From the NCBI GenBank assembly GCA_020696385.1, contig JAEHCQ010000001.1:448001-512000 (forward strand): a stretch of DNA of 64,000 nucleotides, in the 5' to 3' direction. The position numbers and the translations under genes were made by a program. Source of the stretch: Methanobacteriota archaeon (GTDB lineage: Archaea; Thermoplasmatota; Thermoplasmata; SG8-5; JAGLSY01). Under the pieces are notes generated by a model. It was not told where the DNA came from. It did not search any database and worked only from the letters and a program-made list of their open reading frames with translations. This document shows positions 48,120 to 58,266 of this stretch, piece after piece; the first letter of the stretch is position 1, and every line of letters begins with the position of its first letter.

Positions 48120-48731
48120 ATGAGAAGGAAGGAGCTGGAGATCAAGCTCCAGTCACTCAAGGATCTGGATGCCCCATCTGCAAGATTGGAGCAATATCCC
48201 ACACCTGCCAAGGTCGTTTCTGACATACTTTTCATTGCCAAATCTCTCGGAGACATAGATGAGAAGAGCATGGCGGATCTGGGGTGTGGCAATGGTGTAT
48301 TCGCCATTGGAGCTCAGTTGATGGGAGCTGGAAAGGTTATGGGGATAGACATTGATAAAAAGGCCATTGAAGTGGCTCGCGAGAATGCCAGTGCTCTCGG
48401 ACTGGATATGGATCTGGAGGTCATGGACGTGAGGTCATTCGATCAGAAGGTGGATGTGATATTCCAGAATCCACCATTTGGCTCGCAGAAAAAACATGCG
48501 GACAGACCTTTCCTTGAAAAAGCCATGGAAATGGCCGATGTGGTTTACACCATACACATGGCGGATACCGAGGAATTCATAGTCAAGATATCGAAAAGTC
48601 TTGGCTTCAGTGTGGACATGAAGACATATTTCCGATTCGAATTAAGGCATTCGCAGAAATTTCACAGGAAAGAAAGAGCTTTTATCGATGTGGTGGTATT
48701 CAGACTGATGAGGGATGAAAATGATGGATGA
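48120..48731 (+). CDS. METTL5-family RNA m6A methyltransferase
   Basis: LEQYPTP, DLGCGNG and NPPFG motifs; typical neighbour of csl4. Confidence 0.9.
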   Translation: MRRKELEIKLQSLKDLDAPSARLEQYPTPAKVVSDILFIAKSLGDIDEKSMADLGCGNGVFAIGAQLMGAGKVMGIDIDKKAIEVARENASALGLDMDLEVMDVRSFDQKVDVIFQNPPFGSQKKHADRPFLEKAMEMADVVYTIHMADTEEFIVKISKSLGFSVDMKTYFRFELRHSQKFHRKERAFIDVVVFRLMRDENDG

Positions 48732-49308
48732 AAGACAATTGGTCATGCCAGGTGACATACTCTCAACAACAGAGGAATATCTCCCTGGTGAAGGCACCTA
48801 TGAATCTGGAGATGATATCTGTGCCGCCCTGGCTGGAGAACCACATTTTGATGAAGATAATAAAGTAGCCAGTGTGGTGTCCCGGAATAAGCCCGCTGTG
48901 CCGGAGATCGATGATATCGTGTATGGGATCATCACCAATATCAATCCAAAAATGGCGACAGTCTCCATACTGACAATAAATGGAGGAAATAGGCAACTGG
49001 CTGTGGAACAAAGGGCCAATCTCCACGTATCTGAAATGGCTCCTGGAAAGAATACCAAGACAAAGGCCATGTACAAAGAGATGGAGATCATAAGAGCGAA
49101 AGTCACTCAAGCCACTCCATCGATACAATTGACGACCCTTGATCCCGAACTGGGAACGATCAAGGCATATTGCAGAAGGTGTAGAGAGATCCTACAGGTG
49201 AAAGGGCAGGAACTCTGGTGTGCGGAGTGTGACACCAAGGAAAGCCGGAAGATGGCAGATAATTATGGTCTGGCCTATGCTGATGATATTAGGAATAGTA
49301 GAAAGTAA
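48715..49308 (+). CDS. csl4: Exosome complex RNA-binding protein Csl4
   Basis: VMPGD.L...EEYLPGEGTYE, S1 domain, C-terminal Zn ribbon CRRC...CAEC...ESRK.A. Confidence 0.92.
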   Translation: MKMMDERQLVMPGDILSTTEEYLPGEGTYESGDDICAALAGEPHFDEDNKVASVVSRNKPAVPEIDDIVYGIITNINPKMATVSILTINGGNRQLAVEQRANLHVSEMAPGKNTKTKAMYKEMEIIRAKVTQATPSIQLTTLDPELGTIKAYCRRCREILQVKGQELWCAECDTKESRKMADNYGLAYADDIRNSRK

Positions 49309-49349
49309 TATGAACCACAGATAATATATGGTATGATGAAGGGAGACAT

Positions 49350-49529
49350 ATGAGCGTCAGCACAGATGAATTATTGATGGAAATTCGGCAGCTCAGAGCC
49401 GAAATGCAGCAGATGAGGAATATAGTGAACTCACTCGTAAGTATCATAATCGAGATCGAGGGAGGGGACGAGGAATCGGAAATGTTCCTTCCAGATGGTG
49501 CTGAGAACAATTACCTCATGTACAATTAG
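49350..49529 (+). CDS. Small 59-aa coiled-coil/acidic protein not in the ORF track, C-terminus MYN
   Basis: Read directly: MSVSTDELLMEIRQLRAEMQQMRNIVNSLVSIIIEIEGGDEESEMFLPDGAENNYLMYN*. GAAGGGAG RBS; fills the csl4-glyA gap on the same strand. Confidence 0.75.
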   Translation: MSVSTDELLMEIRQLRAEMQQMRNIVNSLVSIIIEIEGGDEESEMFLPDGAENNYLMYN

Positions 49530-49535
49530 GATACC

Positions 49536-50735
49536 ATGGTCAAAGTATCGGATATCATAGAGACCCATGACCAGTGGCGTTCGGAATGTATCAATCTAAT
49601 ATCATCGGAGAATCTTCTTAGTCAGAATGTTCGACAGGCACTGGCAACCGACATGGCCAGTCGTTACACACTTCCTATCAATCAGGAGATACATGGTTCC
49701 TTTGTGGAGAATGCTTATCGCGGGACCAGGGGTCTTGATGAGGTCGAAAGGTTTGCCAATGAACTGGCCTCCGATATCTTTTCAGCAAAACATGTGACCT
49801 TCGCGCCATTGTCCGGCCATATAGCCGCGATGGGAGCCCTTTTATCATTATGTGAAAAGGGTGACACCGTTATGGCCATTTCTTCAGAGAATGGAGGGTA
49901 TGATGGCTATGGGGCCGATTATCTACCGGATATGCTTGGCATGAAGGCAATGGCACTGCCCTTCGATACCGGGCAGTGGAATGTCGATGTAGAAGGAGCT
50001 ATCGAGAAGATCCACGAGACAAAACCAAAACTGGTCATGCTGGGAGCCAGCTTTTTTCCATTCCCTCATCCGACCAAAGAATTGTCAAAGGCCTGCAAGG
50101 AAGTGGGCGCGTACCTGGCATATGACGGATGCCATGTTTTCGGACTTATCGCGGGAAATGAATTTCAGGATCCACTGGCAGAAGGCGTGGACCTGATGAT
50201 CGGCAACACACACAAAAGTTTCTTCGGCCCCCAGGGTGGAGCATTGCTCACCAATGATGATGAGATCTTTGCCAAGGTCAAGAAGAACATGACATGGCGC
50301 ACGGTGGATAATATCCACTGGAACAGGATCGCGGCCACGGCTCTGGCTCTTGTTGAAATGAAGGAGCATGGGGCGAGATACGCTTCCCAGGTGGTCAGGA
50401 ACTCCAAAGCTCTGGCAAAGGCTTTGGATGAACTTGGACTTCGACCATTACTTCGTGACATGGGCTACACGGCTTCCCACCAGGTGTTACTGGATGCCAG
50501 CCTAATTAAGGAAAAGTGGGGCATGGACCTCAATTCCATGGCTGTCGCTCTAGAGCGGAACAATATCATCACTGACGCGGTTGGAAGATTAGGCACCAAT
50601 GAGATCACCCGACTCGGCATGAAAGAGGATGACATGCATATTGTCGCTAAAATGATCATAAAGGTATTAGATGGCGAAAATATTGCCAAAAACGCCAAAA
50701 ATCTGAGAAAAAGCTTGGAAATCTCCTTTTTTTGA
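49536..50735 (+). CDS. glyA: Serine hydroxymethyltransferase (archaeal type)
   Basis: INLISSEN, YRGT, PLSGHIA, YDGCH and THKSFFGPQGG (PLP lysine) motifs; RLGTNEITRLGM. Confidence 0.9.
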   Translation: MVKVSDIIETHDQWRSECINLISSENLLSQNVRQALATDMASRYTLPINQEIHGSFVENAYRGTRGLDEVERFANELASDIFSAKHVTFAPLSGHIAAMGALLSLCEKGDTVMAISSENGGYDGYGADYLPDMLGMKAMALPFDTGQWNVDVEGAIEKIHETKPKLVMLGASFFPFPHPTKELSKACKEVGAYLAYDGCHVFGLIAGNEFQDPLAEGVDLMIGNTHKSFFGPQGGALLTNDDEIFAKVKKNMTWRTVDNIHWNRIAATALALVEMKEHGARYASQVVRNSKALAKALDELGLRPLLRDMGYTASHQVLLDASLIKEKWGMDLNSMAVALERNNIITDAVGRLGTNEITRLGMKEDDMHIVAKMIIKVLDGENIAKNAKNLRKSLEISFF

Positions 50736-50952
50736 TTGAAAATATTTTGAAAACATGGAAAAAAGGTCAAATAATAATTTGTTATTTACCTATATTACGA
50801 AAAATGGCCAGGCAATATGGATTGAAGAGATATTGTTTTATACCTAATCACAATGTCGCATCTATTCCCATCGTAGATGGGCGGAATATCATCGCGAGAT
50901 TCTCGCTTTGCTGTTCTACAAAAAAACCTGCTTAATGCAGGAGGGTTGAAAA

Positions 50953-52887
50953 ATGAGCAACAAAATATATCCAGTTCCAGAAGCCATGCGTGGTAAAGCA
51001 CACATAAACAGCATGGAAGAGTACAAGAGAATGTATGAGGAATCTATAAATGATCCAGATAAATTTTGGGCAAACATCGCCGAAGAATTCACATGGTTCA
51101 AGAAGTGGGACTCTGTCAGGCAATATGACTTCACAGAAGGCCACATTAAATTCTTCGAGGGTTCAAAGACCAATCTGTCCTACAATTGTCTGGACAGGCA
51201 GTTGGAGACCCGTGGAGATCAGGTAGCCATCATCTGGGAGGGCAATGAGCCCGGCGAGGATTCCAAGCTCACATATCGCGAACTTCACACAGAAGTGTGT
51301 AAATTTGCCAATGTCCTGAGAAAGATGGGCGTGAAGAAGGGCGACCGTGTCTGTATGTACATGCAGATGCTTCCCGAGTTGCCTATCGCGATGCTGGCAT
51401 GTGCCAGGATCGGTGCAGTTCACTCCATCGTTTTCGGAGCTTTCTCCGCAGACTCGTTGAAGGACAGGATCAATGATTCCGAGTGCAAGATACTGATCAC
51501 ACAAGATACCGCCTTGAGGGGTAAGAAGCAGGATATTCCAATGAAGACCAATGCTGACAAAGCCCTTGAGGAGTGCCCAAGCATCGAGAAGAACATTGTT
51601 TTCAAAAGGACTGGATTGGATGTCCCAATGCAGGCTGGCCGTGATGTCTGGTGGCATGATGAAATGGATGCAGAGGACGTGAAGGGCGACAGCCCATGGG
51701 AAGAGATGGACGCGGAAGACCCACTCTTCATTCTCTACACCAGTGGTTCCACTGGAAAGCCAAAGGGTGTTCTGCACACAACCGCAGGATACATGGTCTA
51801 CGCCGCAACCACTCACAAATACGTTTTCGATTACCAGGAAGGCGACATATACTGGTGCACGGCCGATATCGGTTGGATAACCGGTCACTCGTACATCGTA
51901 TACGGGCCTCTCCTCAATGGAGCGACATCCGTCATGTTCGAGGGTGTTCCGAACTATCCAGATGCCAGCAGGTTCTGGCAGATAGTGGACAAGTTCCAGG
52001 TAACACAGTTCTACACAGCCCCAACAGCCATCCGCGCCCTCATGAAAGAGGGAGATGGACCAGTTCAAAGCACTTCCAGAAAGAGCCTGAAGCTCCTGGG
52101 TACTGTAGGAGAACCTATCAACCCCGAGGCTTGGAACTGGTATAATGAGGTCGTAGGTGACAGCAGGTGTCCGATTGTAGACACCTGGTGGCAGACCGAG
52201 ACCGGTGGTATAATGATCACACCACTTCCAGGAGCGATCCCAACAAAGCCAGGTTCCGCAACACTGCCTTTCTTCGGTGTTGAGCCTTTCCTCGTGGATG
52301 ACACAGGAAAAGAACTGGAAGGCGCGACAAGCGGAATACTTCTGCTCAGGGGTGCGTGGCCAGGTATCATGAGGACTGTTTACGGACATCACCAGAGATT
52401 CAAGGACGTCTACTTCTCCATGTTCCCAGGATCATACTTCACAGGTGACGGTGCAAGACGTGATGAGGACGGCTACTGGTGGATCACTGGTAGGATCGAC
52501 GATGTCATAAACGTATCCGGACACAGGATGGGAACCGCCGAGGTTGAATCCGCACTTGTTTCCAACCCAGCAGTTGCAGAAGCAGCTGTTGTCGGATATC
52601 CTCACGACATCAAGGGACAGGGCATATACGCCTATGTCACCCTCAAGACCGGCCAGGAGTACACTGAAGAACTCAGGAAGGATCTGAGAACCCACGTTAG
52701 AAAAGAGATCGGACCAATAGCAACACCCGATGTCATCCACTGGGCTCCAGGACTTCCAAAGACCAGGTCCGGAAAGATCATGAGGCGTGTCTTGAGAAAG
52801 ATCGCATCCAAGGAATACGATCAGGTCGGAGATGTATCCACACTGGCAGACCCCAGCGTGGTCGATGACCTGATGAAAGAGTCCTAA
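50953..52887 (+). CDS. acs: Acetyl-coenzyme A synthetase (AMP-forming)
   Basis: [29 protein letters not shown] and [11 protein letters not shown] motifs. Confidence 0.97.
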   Translation: MSNKIYPVPEAMRGKAHINSMEEYKRMYEESINDPDKFWANIAEEFTWFKKWDSVRQYDFTEGHIKFFEGSKTNLSYNCLDRQLETRGDQVAIIWEGNEPGEDSKLTYRELHTEVCKFANVLRKMGVKKGDRVCMYMQMLPELPIAMLACARIGAVHSIVFGAFSADSLKDRINDSECKILITQDTALRGKKQDIPMKTNADKALEECPSIEKNIVFKRTGLDVPMQAGRDVWWHDEMDAEDVKGDSPWEEMDAEDPLFILYTSGSTGKPKGVLHTTAGYMVYAATTHKYVFDYQEGDIYWCTADIGWITGHSYIVYGPLLNGATSVMFEGVPNYPDASRFWQIVDKFQVTQFYTAPTAIRALMKEGDGPVQSTSRKSLKLLGTVGEPINPEAWNWYNEVVGDSRCPIVDTWWQTETGGIMITPLPGAIPTKPGSATLPFFGVEPFLVDDTGKELEGATSGILLLRGAWPGIMRTVYGHHQRFKDVYFSMFPGSYFTGDGARRDEDGYWWITGRIDDVINVSGHRMGTAEVESALVSNPAVAEAAVVGYPHDIKGQGIYAYVTLKTGQEYTEELRKDLRTHVRKEIGPIATPDVIHWAPGLPKTRSGKIMRRVLRKIASKEYDQVGDVSTLADPSVVDDLMKES

Positions 52888-52903
52888 ACCCGGAACAATG
52901 AAA

Positions 52904-52940
52904 TGGGCTCGTTTTGAAGGCGAGCCCACTTTTCCTTTTT
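52904..52940 (+). terminator. Terminator after acs
   Basis: tgggctcg/cgagccca stem plus cttttccttttt. Confidence 0.7.
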
Positions 52941-53086
52941 ATTAATCAGATTTTGTTTGAGTGAATGAGAATAATTTATGTTGCATTATCATCTTGAACT
53001 ATAATTATTTTGATAATCATACACATAACATTATAAGCGAAAAATGTAAACACATATGTGCGATACACATTCGCAAGAGTGATAGA

Positions 53087-55303
53087 ATGCCCAATAAAAC
53101 CATTACCTTGAAAGTGGAGAAAGCACAGAGTCAATCAGATGTCGGCCTAGGTAAGGCCAGGATAGACACGCAGACACGAATGTCCCTGGGTGTGGAGGTC
53201 GGTGATGTGATCGAGATCACCGGTAAGAACATCACGGCCGCCAAAGTGTACCGCATGCTTCAGGAGGATGAGGGTAAAGGCCTCATCCGAATGTGCAATC
53301 TCCTCAGACTTAGCGCGGGAATATCCCCAGGAGACAAAGTGGATATTTCAAAAGCAGAGATACAGCTGGCTCAAAAAGTCACACTGGCACCTTCAATATC
53401 CAAGGGCATGAAATTAAGATTCAGCGAGGGGATCGAGCCCTTCATAAAAAGAAGCCTGGGTCAGAGGCCGATCGTCAAGGGCGATACTATTCTGATACCG
53501 GGTGTGGGGTTGAGCGGTAATATTCCTTTTGTCGTTACAGCGGCCAGCCCCAAGGGCGTCATCCAAGTTACTGCGGACACGCATCTGACCATCAAGGACG
53601 AGGCCGCCAGCGAGAGCGAGATGAGCATCGGTGGCGTGGCATATGAGGATGTGGGAGGTCTGGAAGAAGAACTGCAGAGGGTGAGGGAGATGATCGAACT
53701 TCCTCTGAAACATCCAGAGCTCTTCAGAAGGCTGGGTATCGATCCGCCAAAAGGAGTTCTACTCTATGGACCACCAGGCACAGGAAAGACACTGATCGCC
53801 AAGGCGGTGGCCAATGAGGCAGGAGCCGCTTTCTATTCCATCCAGGGCCCGGAGATCATTTCAAAATTCTATGGCCAGAGCGAGGAAAAATTGCGAGAGA
53901 AATTCGAGGAGGCCGAGGCAAATGCGCCCTCCGTCATATTCATTGATGAACTGGATTCCATAGCTCCAAAGCGTGACGAGGTCCATGGCGAGGTGGAAAG
54001 GCGAGTGGTGGCTCAATTGCTCACGCTCATGGACGGGGTCAGTGATCGAGGCAATCTCATTGTGATAGCGGCCACGAACCGCGAGGATTCCATAGACCCC
54101 GCATTGCGAAGGGGCGGCAGGTTCGACAGAGAGATCGAGATAGGCGTGCCCAGCAAGAAAGGTAGAAAAGAGGTCATGGAGATCCATACGAGAATGATGC
54201 CCATTACAGGGAACGAAGAAGAACGTTCCATCATGCTGGAAGAACTGGCAGCCATCACCCACGGATTCGTGGGAGCGGACTTGGCAGCCCTCGCTCGAGA
54301 GGCAGCGATGAAAGCACTTCGCAGGTACATTCCGGAATTCGATCTGGATCAGCCAGTCCCACCAGAGGTCATTGAGAAGATGGAAGTGACACGCGAGGAT
54401 TTCATGAACGCACTGAAGGAAGTCGAACCCAGCGCCATGCGAGAAGTTATGGTGGAGGTTCCGCAGGTCACTTGGGATGATGTCGGGGGACTGGAAGATG
54501 TGAAGATCCTTCTAAAGGAGGCTGTCGAGCTTCCGTTAAAAGATCCGGAAGCTTTCAAGAGGATCGGCATCAGGCCGCCACGGGGCGTTCTCATGTACGG
54601 CCCGCCGGGTACGGGAAAGACACTGCTGGCCAAAGCAGTGGCTCATGAATCTGAAGCGAATTTTATTTCAGTCAAAGGCCCAGAAATAATGTCAAAATGG
54701 GTGGGTGAGAGCGAGAAGGCGGTTCGCCAGATATTCAAAAAGGCGAAGCAGGTTTCCCCATCGATAGTCTTCCTGGATGAGATCGACTCCATCGCACCCG
54801 CACGAGGAGCCAGTCGAGATTCCGGGGTCACGGAAAGGATAGTGAATCAATTGCTAACATCGATCGATGGAATGGAATCCATGGAGGGCGTTGTCGTCAT
54901 AGCAGCCACCAATAGGCCAGACATCATGGATCATGGCCTTTTAAGGCCCGGAAGATTCGACAGGCTCGTGTATGTGGGAGTGCCCGATAAAAAGGCAAGG
55001 GAGACCATATTCCTGGTACATATGGCCAGTATGCCTCTTGATGATGTGGACGCCCGCTGGCTGGCTGGTCAAACAGATGGATTCGTGGGAGCGGACATCG
55101 AGAACCTGTGCAGGGAAGCGGGTATGATCGCCCTTCGCAAGAATATAGATTCAAAAAGCGTGACAAAGAAGGATTTCAAGGAAGCCCTGGAGATAATCAA
55201 AGCCTCCACTACCAAAGAAACTATCAAATATTACGAGGGCATTAGGGAAGACTTAGAAACAGGTGTAGATAGAAAGGAGAAAGACCCGATCTATTATGCC
55301 TGA
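53087..55303 (+). CDS. cdc48: CDC48/VCP-family AAA ATPase
   Basis: N-domain ([10 protein letters not shown]); two AAA modules GPPGTGKT; C-terminal YYA HbYX motif. Confidence 0.95.
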   Translation: MPNKTITLKVEKAQSQSDVGLGKARIDTQTRMSLGVEVGDVIEITGKNITAAKVYRMLQEDEGKGLIRMCNLLRLSAGISPGDKVDISKAEIQLAQKVTLAPSISKGMKLRFSEGIEPFIKRSLGQRPIVKGDTILIPGVGLSGNIPFVVTAASPKGVIQVTADTHLTIKDEAASESEMSIGGVAYEDVGGLEEELQRVREMIELPLKHPELFRRLGIDPPKGVLLYGPPGTGKTLIAKAVANEAGAAFYSIQGPEIISKFYGQSEEKLREKFEEAEANAPSVIFIDELDSIAPKRDEVHGEVERRVVAQLLTLMDGVSDRGNLIVIAATNREDSIDPALRRGGRFDREIEIGVPSKKGRKEVMEIHTRMMPITGNEEERSIMLEELAAITHGFVGADLAALAREAAMKALRRYIPEFDLDQPVPPEVIEKMEVTREDFMNALKEVEPSAMREVMVEVPQVTWDDVGGLEDVKILLKEAVELPLKDPEAFKRIGIRPPRGVLMYGPPGTGKTLLAKAVAHESEANFISVKGPEIMSKWVGESEKAVRQIFKKAKQVSPSIVFLDEIDSIAPARGASRDSGVTERIVNQLLTSIDGMESMEGVVVIAATNRPDIMDHGLLRPGRFDRLVYVGVPDKKARETIFLVHMASMPLDDVDARWLAGQTDGFVGADIENLCREAGMIALRKNIDSKSVTKKDFKEALEIIKASTTKETIKYYEGIREDLETGVDRKEKDPIYYA

Positions 55304-55347
55304 GGGGTGCACAAAGATAAATCTTTGGCAGCCCTTAAAAAGGTGAT

Positions 55348-55590
55348 ATGATGAAGAAATTCGTGAGTGAACTCCGAGGAAAGACAGTAATGACAAATGA
55401 CGGCCAGATACTCGGTATGATCGAGAATTTTGTGACCGACACAATGACTGGCGAGCTGCAGCACGTGCTCATCATACCAGCTGAGGAGATCGAGGTTCGT
55501 CTCTTCAGGACCGATGCTCAGGGAAGGATCATACTTCCATTCAGCGAGATGAGAGCTGTTCGCGACGTAGTCGTTATGGATGTCGCCTAA
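55348..55590 (+). CDS. PRC-barrel domain protein (CdpB-like)
   Basis: ELRGKTVMTNDG..LG.I.N...D..TG.L and IPF-like ILPF..MRAVRDVVV pattern; AGGTGA RBS. Confidence 0.85.
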   Translation: MMKKFVSELRGKTVMTNDGQILGMIENFVTDTMTGELQHVLIIPAEEIEVRLFRTDAQGRIILPFSEMRAVRDVVVMDVA

Positions 55591-55667
55591 GTCAACATCA
55601 TGAACGTCGATTCAGCTGTATGCATTACCAAAAATCTTTATCTTGAGCTTCAGCGCTGGACATTATC

Positions 55668-56141
55668 TCATTCTATGTCCAGCCAGACCACTATCTGACC
55701 GCCACTTATATCTCCCTCATGATTGAATCCCAGATCAGTATACATTTTCTCAGCCAGCTTATTGTGCGGTTCGTATGAAAGACCTAGCTTCACCTGCCTG
55801 CCATTGTGATGTTGCTTGATCGTGGCTATCAAAAGCTCCATTGTCCTTTTTCCAAAACCTTTGCCCTGATATCTCTGGTCTATCATCAATCTGGTCAGCC
55901 AGGCTTTCCTCGATTTGTCTGGTGGGGCCGTATCAGGATTGAAGAACACACTGCCCAACAGGACATCATCATCGAATACGGCCAGAACTTTCCTCTCAGG
56001 ATAAATGTAAGCCTGGGCCAGTGTCATCATATTTGGCTTGGTTGACTTGAAGAAAAAGCAATCCTTCTGATCTGGCTTGACCTCCAACTCAATGAATTCC
56101 TGATAGTTTTCCTCTGTTACTTCTCTGAATTCAAGGGCCAT
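55668..56141 (-). CDS. GNAT-family N-acetyltransferase (polyamine acetyltransferase-like)
   Basis: RLMIDQRYQGKGFGK and N..A..MY..LGF motifs. Confidence 0.88.
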   Translation of the reverse strand: MALEFREVTEENYQEFIELEVKPDQKDCFFFKSTKPNMMTLAQAYIYPERKVLAVFDDDVLLGSVFFNPDTAPPDKSRKAWLTRLMIDQRYQGKGFGKRTMELLIATIKQHHNGRQVKLGLSYEPHNKLAEKMYTDLGFNHEGDISGGQIVVWLDIE

Positions 56142-56244
56142 GATACCCCATAATCGCCTTGGCTAAAATAATTTGTGACCATCATTCAGACCGGTCTCCC
56201 CAAACTATATTATTCGCTAACACATTCATTCACTCGGTGTTAGC

Positions 56245-56514
56245 TTGAGCAATGCAGAAATATTCTTCAAAGTGGGGTTGATGGGCTTTTCCTTCATATT
56301 ATTCGCCATCTCCGCCATTTCGTACAAAAGGATCAAGAGCCAGAGGTTGTTATTCGTAACAATAGCCTTTGCCATCTTCTTCGTGAAAGGACTTCTATTG
56401 ACCATGGGGATTTTCTCCGAGTCGGTAGGAGATATGTTCAATTCATCCATAGAGGTGATAATCTTGGATTTCGTCATTTTGATAATGCTTTATCTGGGTA
56501 TAGCGAAGAAATAG
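56245..56514 (+). CDS. Small three-TM membrane protein
   Basis: Hydrophobic helices with SYKR....RLLFV..AF..F.VKG; precedes an HTH regulator. Confidence 0.65.
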   Translation: MSNAEIFFKVGLMGFSFILFAISAISYKRIKSQRLLFVTIAFAIFFVKGLLLTMGIFSESVGDMFNSSIEVIILDFVILIMLYLGIAKK

Positions 56515-56548
56515 TGCGCGATAGAACGAGAGATACTGGAGCTATTGA

Positions 56549-57076
56549 ATGGAAGGAGACATCCTGGAACTGGAAAATAGGCGTATAATCTACCAGCTTA
56601 TTTCGAAGTATCCTGGAATGTACCTTCGAGAGATAGAAAAGAACCTTGGACTGGCTGTCGGAGTTCTGGAATATCATCTCAGCCACATGGTGAAGAAAGA
56701 GATCCTCACCGTGGAGGAGGATGGAAATCGGATAAGATATTTCGTCACTGGTGGTGTGAGCTATGGTGATAAGAACACGATCGGCCTTCTGAGGCAGAAG
56801 ATTCCCAGAAGGGTCGTTCTCTATTTGATGCTGAACCCGAATGTGAAGTTCAAGGACGTGCTGGAGCAGTTCGAGGTCTCCAAATCCACCCTGTCATTTC
56901 ATATTAAGAAGCTGGTGGACGCACACCTGGTCGAGGCAACCAAAGAAGGAAGGGAAACATCTTACGAGGTCATTGATCCTGAGACAGTAGCGAGGATCAT
57001 CCTCACCTACAAGGCCAGCTTCCTGGATTCCTTGGTCGATAGATTTGCAGAGACGTGGCTGGAGATGAACCCGTAA
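56549..57076 (+). CDS. Tandem winged-HTH transcriptional regulator (ArsR/HTH_24-like)
   Basis: NRRIIY..I..YPG..LREI...GVLEYHL, followed by a second HTH SKSTLSFHIKKL...KEGR. Confidence 0.85.
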   Translation: MEGDILELENRRIIYQLISKYPGMYLREIEKNLGLAVGVLEYHLSHMVKKEILTVEEDGNRIRYFVTGGVSYGDKNTIGLLRQKIPRRVVLYLMLNPNVKFKDVLEQFEVSKSTLSFHIKKLVDAHLVEATKEGRETSYEVIDPETVARIILTYKASFLDSLVDRFAETWLEMNP

Positions 57077-57129
57077 GAATGATCCATTTGGGGTCATATT
57101 AATAATTGATTAGTTGTTTAAGGTATTAT

Positions 57130-58170
57130 ATGGCTAAGGTATATTTCTCTAAGATCTATAATGAAACAACAACTGATGATATCAAGAAGATCTCAAAGAA
57201 GCTTCTGGACCGCGTGGTTACCGAGGAAAATATCACCCTGGAGAAGAAGATACCACTCAAGGTTCATTTTGGAGAAGCAGGTAACATAACCTATGTCAAG
57301 CCCCAGAATTATGATGGTCTGATAGATTATCTGCAAGATCGGGACATCGAGGCCTTGTTCATGGAGACCAGTGTGCTCTATGGTGGCCAGCGTTATAAAA
57401 AAGAGCTGCATTTGAAGACCGCGGAAGAACATGGTTTTACCAGGATACCGGTGATCATCGCCGACGGCGACCACGGTGAGGAATTCACGGACATTGAAGT
57501 CAATTTAAAGTATTTTGACAAATGTAAGATCGGTCGCGAGTTCTCCAATTACGACCAGATAATGGTGGTCGCACATTTCAAAGGACACGCCCTTGGAGGA
57601 TTTGGGGGAGCGATCAAGCAGCTGGCCATGGGCCATGCGTCTAAAGGTGGGAAGCTGGCAATGCACATGGGGATCAAGCCCCAGATCACCAACCGCAAAT
57701 GCACAAAATGCCATCTATGCCAGAAGGCATGCACCGAGGATGCCATCACTATCGACGAGAAAAAATCCTTCATCGATCATGAGAAATGTGTAGGTTGCGG
57801 TGGATGTGTAGCAGCTTGCCCCAGCAAGGCCGTGAGCATCATGGCTATTGGTGGGATCGCGACAGCATTGAAAGGCAATGATTTCAGAGAGAAATTGGTG
57901 GAATATGCCTATGCGGCCCAAAAGGGAAAAAGAAACATATACATCAATTATGTTATGAACATAACCGCCCAGTGTGACTGTGTGGGGAAAAAGATGAAGC
58001 CCATAATGGACGATATCGGTATCTACGCATCCACAAATCCTGTGGCCATCGACATGGCCTGCTGGGATATTGTGAAGGAAAATGGTAAAAAGTTCAAGGG
58101 TGTGCGGCAGCTGGATTATGCCGAATCTATTGGATTGGGAACCAAGAATTACAAACTGATCGAAATATAA
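57130..58170 (+). CDS. DUF362 domain protein with 2x[4Fe-4S] ferredoxin domain
   Basis: KVHFGE.GN, AHFKGH..GGFGGAIKQLAMG, CTKCHLCQKAC, CVGCGGCVAACP and CDC motifs. Confidence 0.88.
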   Translation: MAKVYFSKIYNETTTDDIKKISKKLLDRVVTEENITLEKKIPLKVHFGEAGNITYVKPQNYDGLIDYLQDRDIEALFMETSVLYGGQRYKKELHLKTAEEHGFTRIPVIIADGDHGEEFTDIEVNLKYFDKCKIGREFSNYDQIMVVAHFKGHALGGFGGAIKQLAMGHASKGGKLAMHMGIKPQITNRKCTKCHLCQKACTEDAITIDEKKSFIDHEKCVGCGGCVAACPSKAVSIMAIGGIATALKGNDFREKLVEYAYAAQKGKRNIYINYVMNITAQCDCVGKKMKPIMDDIGIYASTNPVAIDMACWDIVKENGKKFKGVRQLDYAESIGLGTKNYKLIEI

Positions 58171-58266
58171 TAGAATAGATAGCTTGATCAAAGTTTATCG
58201 GACCAATACTTCCACCCACCCCCTCATATTATATTTATACCATCTGAAACAATATCCAATGGGATC

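Noticed and set aside
51163-52392. 409-aa antisense ORF inside acs
   Set aside because: It is fully antisense to a highly conserved, codon-biased gene and has no recognisable motifs, so it is a shadow ORF.
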